A stretch of 27,174 nt of DNA. It comes from a virus (Duplodnaviria > Caudoviricetes). The notes under the pieces were generated by a model that saw only the letters and a program-made list of their open reading frames with translations, searched no databases and was not told where the DNA came from. Below are positions 10,062-18,017 of the stretch, piece by piece. The stretch covers positions 1 to 27,174 of IMG/VR virus record IMGVR_UViG_3300044267_002770; one strand, written 5' to 3'. Positions within the stretch are counted from its first letter, which is position 1, and the number at the start of each line of letters is the position of its first letter. The translations under genes and the position numbers were made by a program.

Positions 10062-13000
10062 TGAATGAAGAAGCATTAAAAGATGCCTACGGTCTTTTTA
10101 CACAATCAGGCTATAATGGCACACAAGATGAGTTTTACACTTTATTATCTGAAAACGCTGAGGCATTTGCAGACTCTTATGGTTTATTTAAGGGATCTGG
10201 ATATAATGGTTCTGAAGATGACTACAAACAACTGCTTGGTTTAAAAAAAAAAGATTCTTCAGTATTGCAAGATGCAGCTGCTCCGAAGGATTCAGGGGTG
10301 TCTCCATCAGTATCTCAAGATGGTCAATCTTCTTTGGAACAAGACGTTCAAGTTAGTTTAGAAGAAAGACTAGCTAAAAGAAAAAACCTACCTATAGAAG
10401 AGCAAATCGCTCTAGCAAAACAAGACGAGTTAAGACCTTTTTACGAAGCTCAAGGATTAAACTTAGATGATAAGTTAAACTTTGAGGCTATAAAAAAATC
10501 TAAAGCTGAAAAGGAAAAGAAAGAAAAAGAAGCTGAGCAGGATCTTAGTTTCTTCTCTAAGTTATATAACAGAATAACTAGCACTGAAGATTTGGAGGAA
10601 GACTTTCAAACTACAGATGAAGATAGAGCTGACTTATACCTTTCTAATAACGAGGAGAATATATTTGAAGCAGAGAAGCAGTACAACATTGCTAAAGCTA
10701 AAGAGATAACTGAGGTATTTTCCCCAGATCAAAGAAAAGAACAATTTGAAGAGCAAGGTATAGACTTAGGTTATATGCCTACAAATTTTATAAAGGTTAA
10801 TGGAGAAGACTTTAGTGTAAAAGAACTTCAAAAGAATTTATACGATAGCGAGTTTATAGATAAACTACAATCTGAAGAGGTTAATGTAGATATTGACAAC
10901 TCTATTGAGGATGAGACCCTTCAATCTTTAATTGACCTCAGGGACAGACAAAAAGAGTCTGGTGGACAGTGGGGTGATATAGCTCAATCTTTCTATGCTG
11001 GTGCTTTGGATCTTTTAGTTGCTGGTCCTACAGAATTTTTAGAGTCAACTTTTGCTACAAACCCTTATCAAAGATCCATAGTTAATGCTATGGGAGGTAG
11101 ACTAGCTTCAAAAGTTAGAAATGAAGCTAACAGGGTAAGAGAAAAAACTAGGGTGTATCAGGAAGATGGGATGACTAAATCTTTACTTAAAGGTAACTTT
11201 TCTGACGCTATGTTCCAAACTGGTAACGCCCTATCTGAGTCTGCTCCTTTAATATTATCTATGTATGCTTCCGCACCTTTAGGAATATCTCAAAAGGCTA
11301 CACTAGCTTTTGCAGGAGTTTCTGCAGGTGGTTTAAAATCCCTTGAACTCAAAGAACAAAGGCTGAAAGGTGAGATAGATATGTCTGATGCTCAAATATT
11401 GTTAAACTCTGTTTTAACTGGTGGTGCTGAATCTTTCTTTGAAAGGTACACCTTAGATGCTGTTAACGCTAGTAGAAAGGTTTTTGCTTTAGGTAAAATA
11501 ACTCCAGGTGAGATTGCTGAAGGGTTTACTAAAGGCTTCCTTAGACAAGCCAGAGTAGAGGGATTATCTGAGGGTGCAACAGAGTTGTCTAACATGTTTA
11601 CAGACCTTATAACAAGAGATATTGACTACGAGAAGGGTGAACTAAAAGAGACTGCTATTGGTCTTGAAGAGGTTGCTGTAAGATTTTCTGATGCAGCTAT
11701 GATTGGATCTATCATGGGTGGTGGTATTCACACTGTACCTTACATGGCTAAGTCTATGTCTAAGTTTAAAATATTAGATGAGAATATAGCCGTTCTATTT
11801 ACAATGGAAGATGGGTCAACTCAAAGCATGAGTAGAGCAGACGCTTTAAAGTTTGTTAAAAACCCTGAGGTTGCAGAGAGAGTTAGAAGTGGTGCAGTAA
11901 CAATGGACGCTTCTATGAATGATATTGCTAAACAACAAGTAGAAGAGATACTTTATGGTTTCTACGCACCTGACGCTGTAGCTTCAAGAGAAGTTATGCG
12001 AGAAAAAGAGAGTGGCGTTCAAAACATTCTTGATAGGATTAGAGACGCAGAAGAGGTTTCTACAGAAGACGTGAACAGTTTATCTCAAGCTGTATCTGAA
12101 ATGGAGGCTGAAGGCAAGAAATCTAAGTATAACATATCTGAAAGTACTAAAGCAACTAGAGCTAAACTAAACGCAATACTTAAACAAAAAGGTATTCAAA
12201 TAGTAGATGCTGTTGCTTCTCAAGACGTATCTATGTCTAAGGTTACTGAAACTGTAGACGCTACAAAGATAGAGAGTCAAGAGCAGTATAACTCTGTTAA
12301 GAAGCAGTTGGAGGATGGTGAGAGAAAACCAACGGTGGTTCAATCTCAAAACCAAAGTGGTATAAAGGTTAATGGTGAAACATCTCAAACGTCAGAAATA
12401 ACTCAAGGTAAATTTAAAAGTGTTGCTGCGGCTAGGAACGCTATGAAAGACTTTGAAGCTAAGAGAGATGCTGCAAAGAAAGGTGAGATATTAGACAGTG
12501 ACTTATTTCCTGTTAACAATAAAATATTTTTAAAGGCAAAGAAAGAAACTCTTGATGAGATACCTCAAGAGGTTATAGATAATAACGATTACCACGTATT
12601 AACTTCAGACAAGGAAGGTTTAACACAAGAGCAAAGAATCTCTAGAATGGAGAAACTTAAGTCTATGTTAGATAATGCTGGTGCAACTTATTATACCGTT
12701 CAGGATGTTTCCAATGGGGTTGCTAAAGAAAGCCTTGTAGTAACGGGAATAGATAACGCTACCGCTTTAAATCTAGGTAATCAGTTTCAGCAAGAGTCTA
12801 TCTTCTCATCTAAGGATGGAAAGATGTTTGGTGATGGTCGTGTAGTTCCTTTAAGTAATGACGTGGTAAAAGGTCCAGACGCTAGAAAAAAACAAGACGT
12901 AACCATAATGAATGTTAGTGGTAGAAAAGTTTCTATGCACACAGGCTTAGATAAACTTAAAACTAGTTATGGTAAAAACTTTAATTCAGATAACATTCAC

Positions 13001-16000
13001 AAGTTAGATGAGAGTAATGCTGACTATGATGCTGAGTTATTCCAAGGCTTAGATGATAGCAGAAAAAGAGCTTTAGGTTTCGCCTTTAAACTTCTTAACT
13101 CTATTGGTGGTCTCAACGTTACCGTTGTTAGAAATAGTAAGGCTATGGAAAAGCAACTAGAGGCTATAGGTCAAGATCCTTCCAACAAGAGAGGATCTTT
13201 CTTTAGAGGTTCTGACAAGACTATATATGTAAACCTTGAAACTGTTCGTGGAAATACTTTGTTCCATGAGATTATTCATCCTATGGTTGACTTCATTAAG
13301 AAGACTGACCCAGCTCTATATAAAAGAATAGAGGCTGAGGTTAAAGAGAGTGATATTAAAAGAAGAGTAATGAAGGATGGTCGTAGAATGAAGGGTTCTT
13401 ACCTTGATTGGGCTAAATCAAACTATGAAGGTTTATCTGAAGAGGCATTAATAGAAGAGGCTTTTGCTGAGATGATGGGTGACGCTGCTTATGGTCACTT
13501 TGTAAATAAGCAATCTACCTTATCTAAAATTAGAGAAGTTATAAGAGAGATACTCTCTAGGATTGGTGTTGTATCTCCTTTTGATAATGTTGAAGCTATA
13601 GATTTAAATCAAATGTCTTTGTATGATATAAGAACAAATCTAGCTGAAGCTTTAGTAAATGGTAGAAAAATTAACGTTGGAGGTGTAGAATTTGAGGTTG
13701 GAGATATACAAGCTGATAAAGATAAAGTTAACAACTCTATTAGAATGCAGGTTGATAAGTCTGACATCAACTCTGAACTTGGCGTTGTAAACATAAACAT
13801 ACCAGATAATATTCAAACTCAAGAGATAAGATTTCAGGCTCCTGAATTTTATCCAAACTTTGACGTATCAAAAGTAAAAAGAGGTAGTATAAAAGAGTTT
13901 AATGGTCAGAAGGCTTTACTTATGTTGACTGATAGATCAGCATCTGGTATGGTTGTATCGCCAACAGGAGTTAGACATGAGTTCGATGGTGGTGTATTTT
14001 ATCCTTACCAAGAAGATACAGGTGTTTGGGCATTCTCAGATAAGGCTGCAGCAACTAGAATGATTAACGCAGCTAGAGAGAGTGATGGTTTAGTTTTCTT
14101 AACTGCTATGGCTCCAGGATCTATTGATGGTAGTGTTAATATGTTTGATTACGTTATGAAAGAACTTGATCAGGCCATAAAAGACAAGAGAGCTACTAAA
14201 AAAGAAGTTGTAGAGTTCCTTAATAAAAAGATGACTATTAAGTCTTTTGATTCTAAAGCAAAAGATCAAGGCATAAAAACATCTAAAGTTAAGTCTGTAA
14301 AAGAGTTTAGTAACATAGTTTTATCTATGCCTCAGGCTTTTGGTGTTAGAAAAGATATAATAAGAAAATCTATACAGAGTAAAATATTTGAGAAGTGGGG
14401 TATCCCTTCTATGCAAGAAATATACAACACTGTTAATCAAGATATTATAAAAGACCTGAAGGGTAATCCTATAGTATCTGCTATTAGAATAGATACAGAA
14501 GCTGGATATGTGGATTCTAGAACTGATGATAAAATAAAAGATCATCCTACTTATCCATACGTTGTTAAGGGAGAACCCTTAATGATATTTGATGAGTCTG
14601 TTGACGCTTCAGAAGTTTGGGGTGAACTTAACTTAGCTGATAAGTTTTTAATAGATTCTAGAACAGGAGAAAAATTAAGTGAAGGTACGACTCAAGCTAG
14701 AAGACAAAGAAAGATTGAGATGGCTAGACCTGTTGTTGATATTAGAATGCAGGCTCCTCAAGAAGAAACAGAGAATGTAGTTTACACTTCAGGATTAACA
14801 ACAATAGCTTTTGATATTGCTAAAGCAGTTGTAGATGCTGATTACAAGGCAGGTAAATACACTACCAAAGCTATAGCTAGTATTCCTTCGCTTAAAATTG
14901 ACAAGCCTAGAAAGCAATTTGAAGGTTACGACATAAGGTTGTCTAAGTTATTAGCTAAACCATTTGGCTCTCACTCTAACGAAGAGATAAAAGAGATTAT
15001 GGTTAGAAACAGAGGTGATCTTCAAGCTGAACTTCTTAGAGTTGATGACAATCTTAAGTTATTAAAAAACGCAATAAAAGATTCTAACATAACTCCTGAG
15101 CAAGTTAATGATCTTCTACATAATGTTGAAGACATAAAAACTATGGAGAAGTCTGAACTTAGAACAGCTCTTCTAGAGATGAGAACTCATATAGATGAGT
15201 TGAGTAGAACACTTATTAGAGAGGGTCTAGTAGCGGGACAGACTATGTTTACCATTGATTCTAATATGGGATTATATGTTACAAGATCTTACAGACAGTT
15301 TGAGACTAAGAATTGGGAGCAAACAGATAACGATATAATACAAAACGCTAAAGACTTTTTATATAGAGAGGTTAAGAATCAAAACATAAGAGATGTTGAG
15401 GATGGTAAGATAGATAAAGATGGCAACCTGATAACGCTTATGTCTGAAGATGCTATTTTAAATAAAGCTCAAGAGGCTTACGATAAACTAGTTGAGGAAA
15501 AAGATTTCTTAAAGTTCTCAGGTGGATCTTCTAGCTTAGAAGGACTAACAAGGGTTAACTCTATATTTATGCAAAAGAAAGTTATCCCTGAAGAGATAAG
15601 AGAGTTGTGGGGTGAGATAGATAGTCCTTTAATAAATTATAGTAACACTATATCTAAAGTTGCTAAAACAATCTCTGCTGAGAGAATGTATAGAGAACTT
15701 AATAATATAGGTCAAGGCAAGTTTATATCAGATAACTACGATAGAACATCAACTAGAAATAAGTTAGAGGGTTATAAGTGGGGAGACTTAGATGGAAAGT
15801 ATGTGGACGATGAGATGTATGTTGTAATGAATCAAGTTAACAGAACCTTTGAGAAAAATGGTTTCCAGAGAGCTTACGATGCTTACATGCAACTTGTTTT
15901 ATTCAATAAGAAAATGAAGACTGTATGGAATCCTGGTACACATGCTAAAAATATTATAGGTAACAGCTCTTTTGCCATGATGAATGGTCATTTAAGTCCT

Positions 16001-17506
16001 GATCTTAAACAAATTTATCAAGATGGTAAGCTATCTATAGAAGCGTTTTATAACATGAAGAGTGAAGATTTTAAAGAGCTGTATGATAAACTTATAAGAC
16101 TAGGTGTTGTAAACTCTTCTGCCTCTTTAGCTGAAATTCAAAATATATCAGAAGACCTTAGAAACACTAAGTTTGATTTGACTGAGTATCTTAAAGATAA
16201 AAATGGTAAGATACAAAAAAGAATGGCTAAAGTATATGGTACGATTAGAGAGGGTATATCTTCATTTGATGAAAAACTAATGAAGGCTTATCAAGCTGAG
16301 GATGATGTATGGAAGATATTTGGATACTTATCTGAAAGAGGTAGATATATAAAGGCTGGTTTAGATGTTGCATTAGCTGAAGAAACAGCTGCTAAAAACA
16401 TTAGAAACCTTTACCCTAACTATAACGAGATACCTCGTATAATAAGACTCCTTGGTCGTTCTCCTTTAGTTGGATCATTCGTTGCCTTCCAGGCTGAATC
16501 TGTTCGTAACGCTAAGAACACTGTGATGCTGGGATTTGAAGAGATGGGTAGTAACAATTCAAAAATAAGAAGAATTGGTGCTACAAGAATAGCAGGAACT
16601 ATTGCTACAATGACTCTAATGGAAGGTCTTCAGTTATATACAGCTCAATTCTTAGGTGAGTTCTTAGGTTTTGGTGGAGAAGATGATGACGATGTAGAGA
16701 GAAGAAAGATGCGTCTTTTACTACCTGAATGGGACGCACCAGGAAATATAGCCTACATGTTTAGAGGGTTTTTAGAATCTAAACAATCTGAAGATCAGAC
16801 TGAAAGAGATAGATACTTTGACTATATAAACTTCTCTAGTATATCTGGTGTTGGTTACATGAAGGATATTATGAGATTAGCATTTACAGATATAGATACA
16901 AGGCTTGGTCAAGATAGTGCTTTAAATATTCTTGAAAAAATATACGCTCCATTCTTGGGTCAAGAGATGACCTCTATAGCTGTGACAGAGGCTTTAACAA
17001 ATAAAGGTGGAAAAGTATTTAATCAGACTGATGGTCCACTTAAAGCTCTTGGAAAGATTATTATATACGTTGGTGATAAAGTTCAGCCTGGTGTTGGTAG
17101 GGTAGCTCAAAGAGGTGTTGAGTCTTTATATGATGTTGACTCTGACTTAGTTCCAGGATATGAAATGCTTGCTATATTTGGTATAAGAATTAATAGAGTT
17201 AATGTTAACAAAGGTTTAGCAATAAAATCTAACTTCTTATTTAAAGATATGGTAAGTAGAGTTGGTAAAGGAATATTAAAAGATCCTTTTGCATTAAGAG
17301 AAGAGGCAAGATCAAACTCTAGCTTTAACGAGGATCTAAATAAGTTAGCTGACCTTATAGCTGCAGCAAGATTAAATAGTATTAACGGAGAAAATGTTAA
17401 AGCTATTCTTTCTAACTCTAGAGTATCTAGACCAGTTATAGATGAAGCTTATAATAGATACCTTGACAGGTATTTAGAAGATGCTATAAGTGTTGACGAT
17501 AAATAA
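10061..17506 (+). CDS. Large polyvalent internal virion/ejection protein, 2481 aa (SAM-lyase-like domain, zincin HExxH domain, unknown cassette, conserved helical C-terminus)
   Basis: N-terminal 30-aa tandem repeat and Gly/Ala-rich membrane-type helices. TLFHEIIH at 13256-13279 with downstream EEAFAE. C-terminal KTVWNPGTHAKN / EDDVWK / YPNY..IP / FVAF motifs typical of podophage large ejection proteins. Confidence 0.7.
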   Translation: MNEEALKDAYGLFTQSGYNGTQDEFYTLLSENAEAFADSYGLFKGSGYNGSEDDYKQLLGLKKKDSSVLQDAAAPKDSGVSPSVSQDGQSSLEQDVQVSLEERLAKRKNLPIEEQIALAKQDELRPFYEAQGLNLDDKLNFEAIKKSKAEKEKKEKEAEQDLSFFSKLYNRITSTEDLEEDFQTTDEDRADLYLSNNEENIFEAEKQYNIAKAKEITEVFSPDQRKEQFEEQGIDLGYMPTNFIKVNGEDFSVKELQKNLYDSEFIDKLQSEEVNVDIDNSIEDETLQSLIDLRDRQKESGGQWGDIAQSFYAGALDLLVAGPTEFLESTFATNPYQRSIVNAMGGRLASKVRNEANRVREKTRVYQEDGMTKSLLKGNFSDAMFQTGNALSESAPLILSMYASAPLGISQKATLAFAGVSAGGLKSLELKEQRLKGEIDMSDAQILLNSVLTGGAESFFERYTLDAVNASRKVFALGKITPGEIAEGFTKGFLRQARVEGLSEGATELSNMFTDLITRDIDYEKGELKETAIGLEEVAVRFSDAAMIGSIMGGGIHTVPYMAKSMSKFKILDENIAVLFTMEDGSTQSMSRADALKFVKNPEVAERVRSGAVTMDASMNDIAKQQVEEILYGFYAPDAVASREVMREKESGVQNILDRIRDAEEVSTEDVNSLSQAVSEMEAEGKKSKYNISESTKATRAKLNAILKQKGIQIVDAVASQDVSMSKVTETVDATKIESQEQYNSVKKQLEDGERKPTVVQSQNQSGIKVNGETSQTSEITQGKFKSVAAARNAMKDFEAKRDAAKKGEILDSDLFPVNNKIFLKAKKETLDEIPQEVIDNNDYHVLTSDKEGLTQEQRISRMEKLKSMLDNAGATYYTVQDVSNGVAKESLVVTGIDNATALNLGNQFQQESIFSSKDGKMFGDGRVVPLSNDVVKGPDARKKQDVTIMNVSGRKVSMHTGLDKLKTSYGKNFNSDNIHKLDESNADYDAELFQGLDDSRKRALGFAFKLLNSIGGLNVTVVRNSKAMEKQLEAIGQDPSNKRGSFFRGSDKTIYVNLETVRGNTLFHEIIHPMVDFIKKTDPALYKRIEAEVKESDIKRRVMKDGRRMKGSYLDWAKSNYEGLSEEALIEEAFAEMMGDAAYGHFVNKQSTLSKIREVIREILSRIGVVSPFDNVEAIDLNQMSLYDIRTNLAEALVNGRKINVGGVEFEVGDIQADKDKVNNSIRMQVDKSDINSELGVVNINIPDNIQTQEIRFQAPEFYPNFDVSKVKRGSIKEFNGQKALLMLTDRSASGMVVSPTGVRHEFDGGVFYPYQEDTGVWAFSDKAAATRMINAARESDGLVFLTAMAPGSIDGSVNMFDYVMKELDQAIKDKRATKKEVVEFLNKKMTIKSFDSKAKDQGIKTSKVKSVKEFSNIVLSMPQAFGVRKDIIRKSIQSKIFEKWGIPSMQEIYNTVNQDIIKDLKGNPIVSAIRIDTEAGYVDSRTDDKIKDHPTYPYVVKGEPLMIFDESVDASEVWGELNLADKFLIDSRTGEKLSEGTTQARRQRKIEMARPVVDIRMQAPQEETENVVYTSGLTTIAFDIAKAVVDADYKAGKYTTKAIASIPSLKIDKPRKQFEGYDIRLSKLLAKPFGSHSNEEIKEIMVRNRGDLQAELLRVDDNLKLLKNAIKDSNITPEQVNDLLHNVEDIKTMEKSELRTALLEMRTHIDELSRTLIREGLVAGQTMFTIDSNMGLYVTRSYRQFETKNWEQTDNDIIQNAKDFLYREVKNQNIRDVEDGKIDKDGNLITLMSEDAILNKAQEAYDKLVEEKDFLKFSGGSSSLEGLTRVNSIFMQKKVIPEEIRELWGEIDSPLINYSNTISKVAKTISAERMYRELNNIGQGKFISDNYDRTSTRNKLEGYKWGDLDGKYVDDEMYVVMNQVNRTFEKNGFQRAYDAYMQLVLFNKKMKTVWNPGTHAKNIIGNSSFAMMNGHLSPDLKQIYQDGKLSIEAFYNMKSEDFKELYDKLIRLGVVNSSASLAEIQNISEDLRNTKFDLTEYLKDKNGKIQKRMAKVYGTIREGISSFDEKLMKAYQAEDDVWKIFGYLSERGRYIKAGLDVALAEETAAKNIRNLYPNYNEIPRIIRLLGRSPLVGSFVAFQAESVRNAKNTVMLGFEEMGSNNSKIRRIGATRIAGTIATMTLMEGLQLYTAQFLGEFLGFGGEDDDDVERRKMRLLLPEWDAPGNIAYMFRGFLESKQSEDQTERDRYFDYINFSSISGVGYMKDIMRLAFTDIDTRLGQDSALNILEKIYAPFLGQEMTSIAVTEALTNKGGKVFNQTDGPLKALGKIIIYVGDKVQPGVGRVAQRGVESLYDVDSDLVPGYEMLAIFGIRINRVNVNKGLAIKSNFLFKDMVSRVGKGILKDPFALREEARSNSSFNEDLNKLADLIAAARLNSINGENVKAILSNSRVSRPVIDEAYNRYLDRYLEDAISVDDK

Positions 17507-17540
17507 TTTGAAAACACTATATAATTAATTATTTAATTAC

Positions 17541-17548
17541 TAAATTTG
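17541..17548 (+). promoter_or_regulatory. Bacteroidota-type -7 promoter element (TAAATTTG) for a non-coding unit
   Basis: Exact TAnnTTTG downstream of an AT-only tract. No ATG on + between it and the terminator. Confidence 0.55.
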
Positions 17549-17552
17549 TAGT

Positions 17553-17656
17553 ACTTTTCTAAGGCTCCATCCTGGAGCAGTTTGCTTTTTTGTTCGCATT
17601 CATAGATTAGTTTTTGGTTGTTTAAGGAGGAGGGGTAGTTCCCTCCTTTTTTTTTT
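17553..17656 (+). ncRNA. Candidate ~100-nt small RNA (5' hairpin, U-rich single-stranded core, terminator)
   Basis: Promoter at 17541, hairpin GCTCCA-TCC-TGGAGC (17564-17578), no ATG, intrinsic terminator. The core shares TTTTTGGTTGTTTAA with the antisense strand of the start region of the gene at 22338. Confidence 0.5.
17628..17656 (+). terminator. Rho-independent terminator
   Basis: AGGAGGG-GTAGTT-CCCTCCT stem-loop running into a 10-T tract (17647-17656). Confidence 0.85.
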
Positions 17657-17658
17657 AG

Positions 17659-17666
17659 TATATTAG
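17659..17666 (+). promoter_or_regulatory. Variant -7 element (TATATTAG), probable leaderless transcript
   Basis: TAnnTTAG followed by 4 nt and then ATG (17671). Same geometry as 18547-18554. Confidence 0.45.
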
Positions 17667-17670
17667 CTGT

Positions 17671-17802
17671 ATGGAAATAGGTATACAATTAGTCAATGGA
17701 GTTACGTTTGGATTTAGATTATTTGCTCCAACAGAATCTATACCATACAACGAACTCCAGCTATTTGCTGGAGTTATATGCTTCTATGTTATTTGGGATT
17801 AA
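17671..17802 (+). CDS. Small hydrophobic protein, 43 aa (MEIGIQLVNGVTFGFRLFAPTESIPYNELQLFAGVICFYVIWD); not in the ORF track
   Basis: Translated by hand. Own promoter-like element. Stop overlaps the convergent stop at 17799-17801. Confidence 0.65.
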   Translation: MEIGIQLVNGVTFGFRLFAPTESIPYNELQLFAGVICFYVIWD

Positions 17803-17954
17803 TCCTCACGTGTAGAGCATTCGTCTTGATCTCCACAGCATTCTTCTTCTTCAGGGTCAACAAGATCTATTATCCAGGATTCAAACAAATTTTTTTTTGA
17901 TTCATCAGATCTTTTTAAAGCCTCTCTTAAAGCTTCATCTCTGTCGTGTAACAT
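17799..17954 (-). CDS. Small acidic Cys-containing protein, 51 aa (MLHDRDEALREALKRSDESKKNLFESWIIDLVDPEEEECCGDQDECSTRED); not in the ORF track
   Basis: Translated by hand. AT-rich leader. Last gene of the minus-strand arm. Confidence 0.65.
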   Translation of the reverse strand: MLHDRDEALREALKRSDESKKNLFESWIIDLVDPEEEECCGDQDECSTRED

Positions 17955-17968
17955 TACTATACTATTTT

Positions 17969-18017
17969 AAAAAGTATTGGGGGGTGCAGACGACCAAATC
18001 TTTAACCCCCCGAATAC
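17969..18017 (-). terminator. Terminator-like hairpin on the minus strand
   Basis: GTATT(C)GGGGGGT...ACCCCCCAATAC followed by TTTTT, with inner AGAT/GTCT pairing. Confidence 0.5.

Noticed and set aside
1630-14545. Short antisense or out-of-frame ORFs inside the four large genes
   Set aside because: Shadow ORFs with no leaders or motifs, fully overlapping well-supported genes
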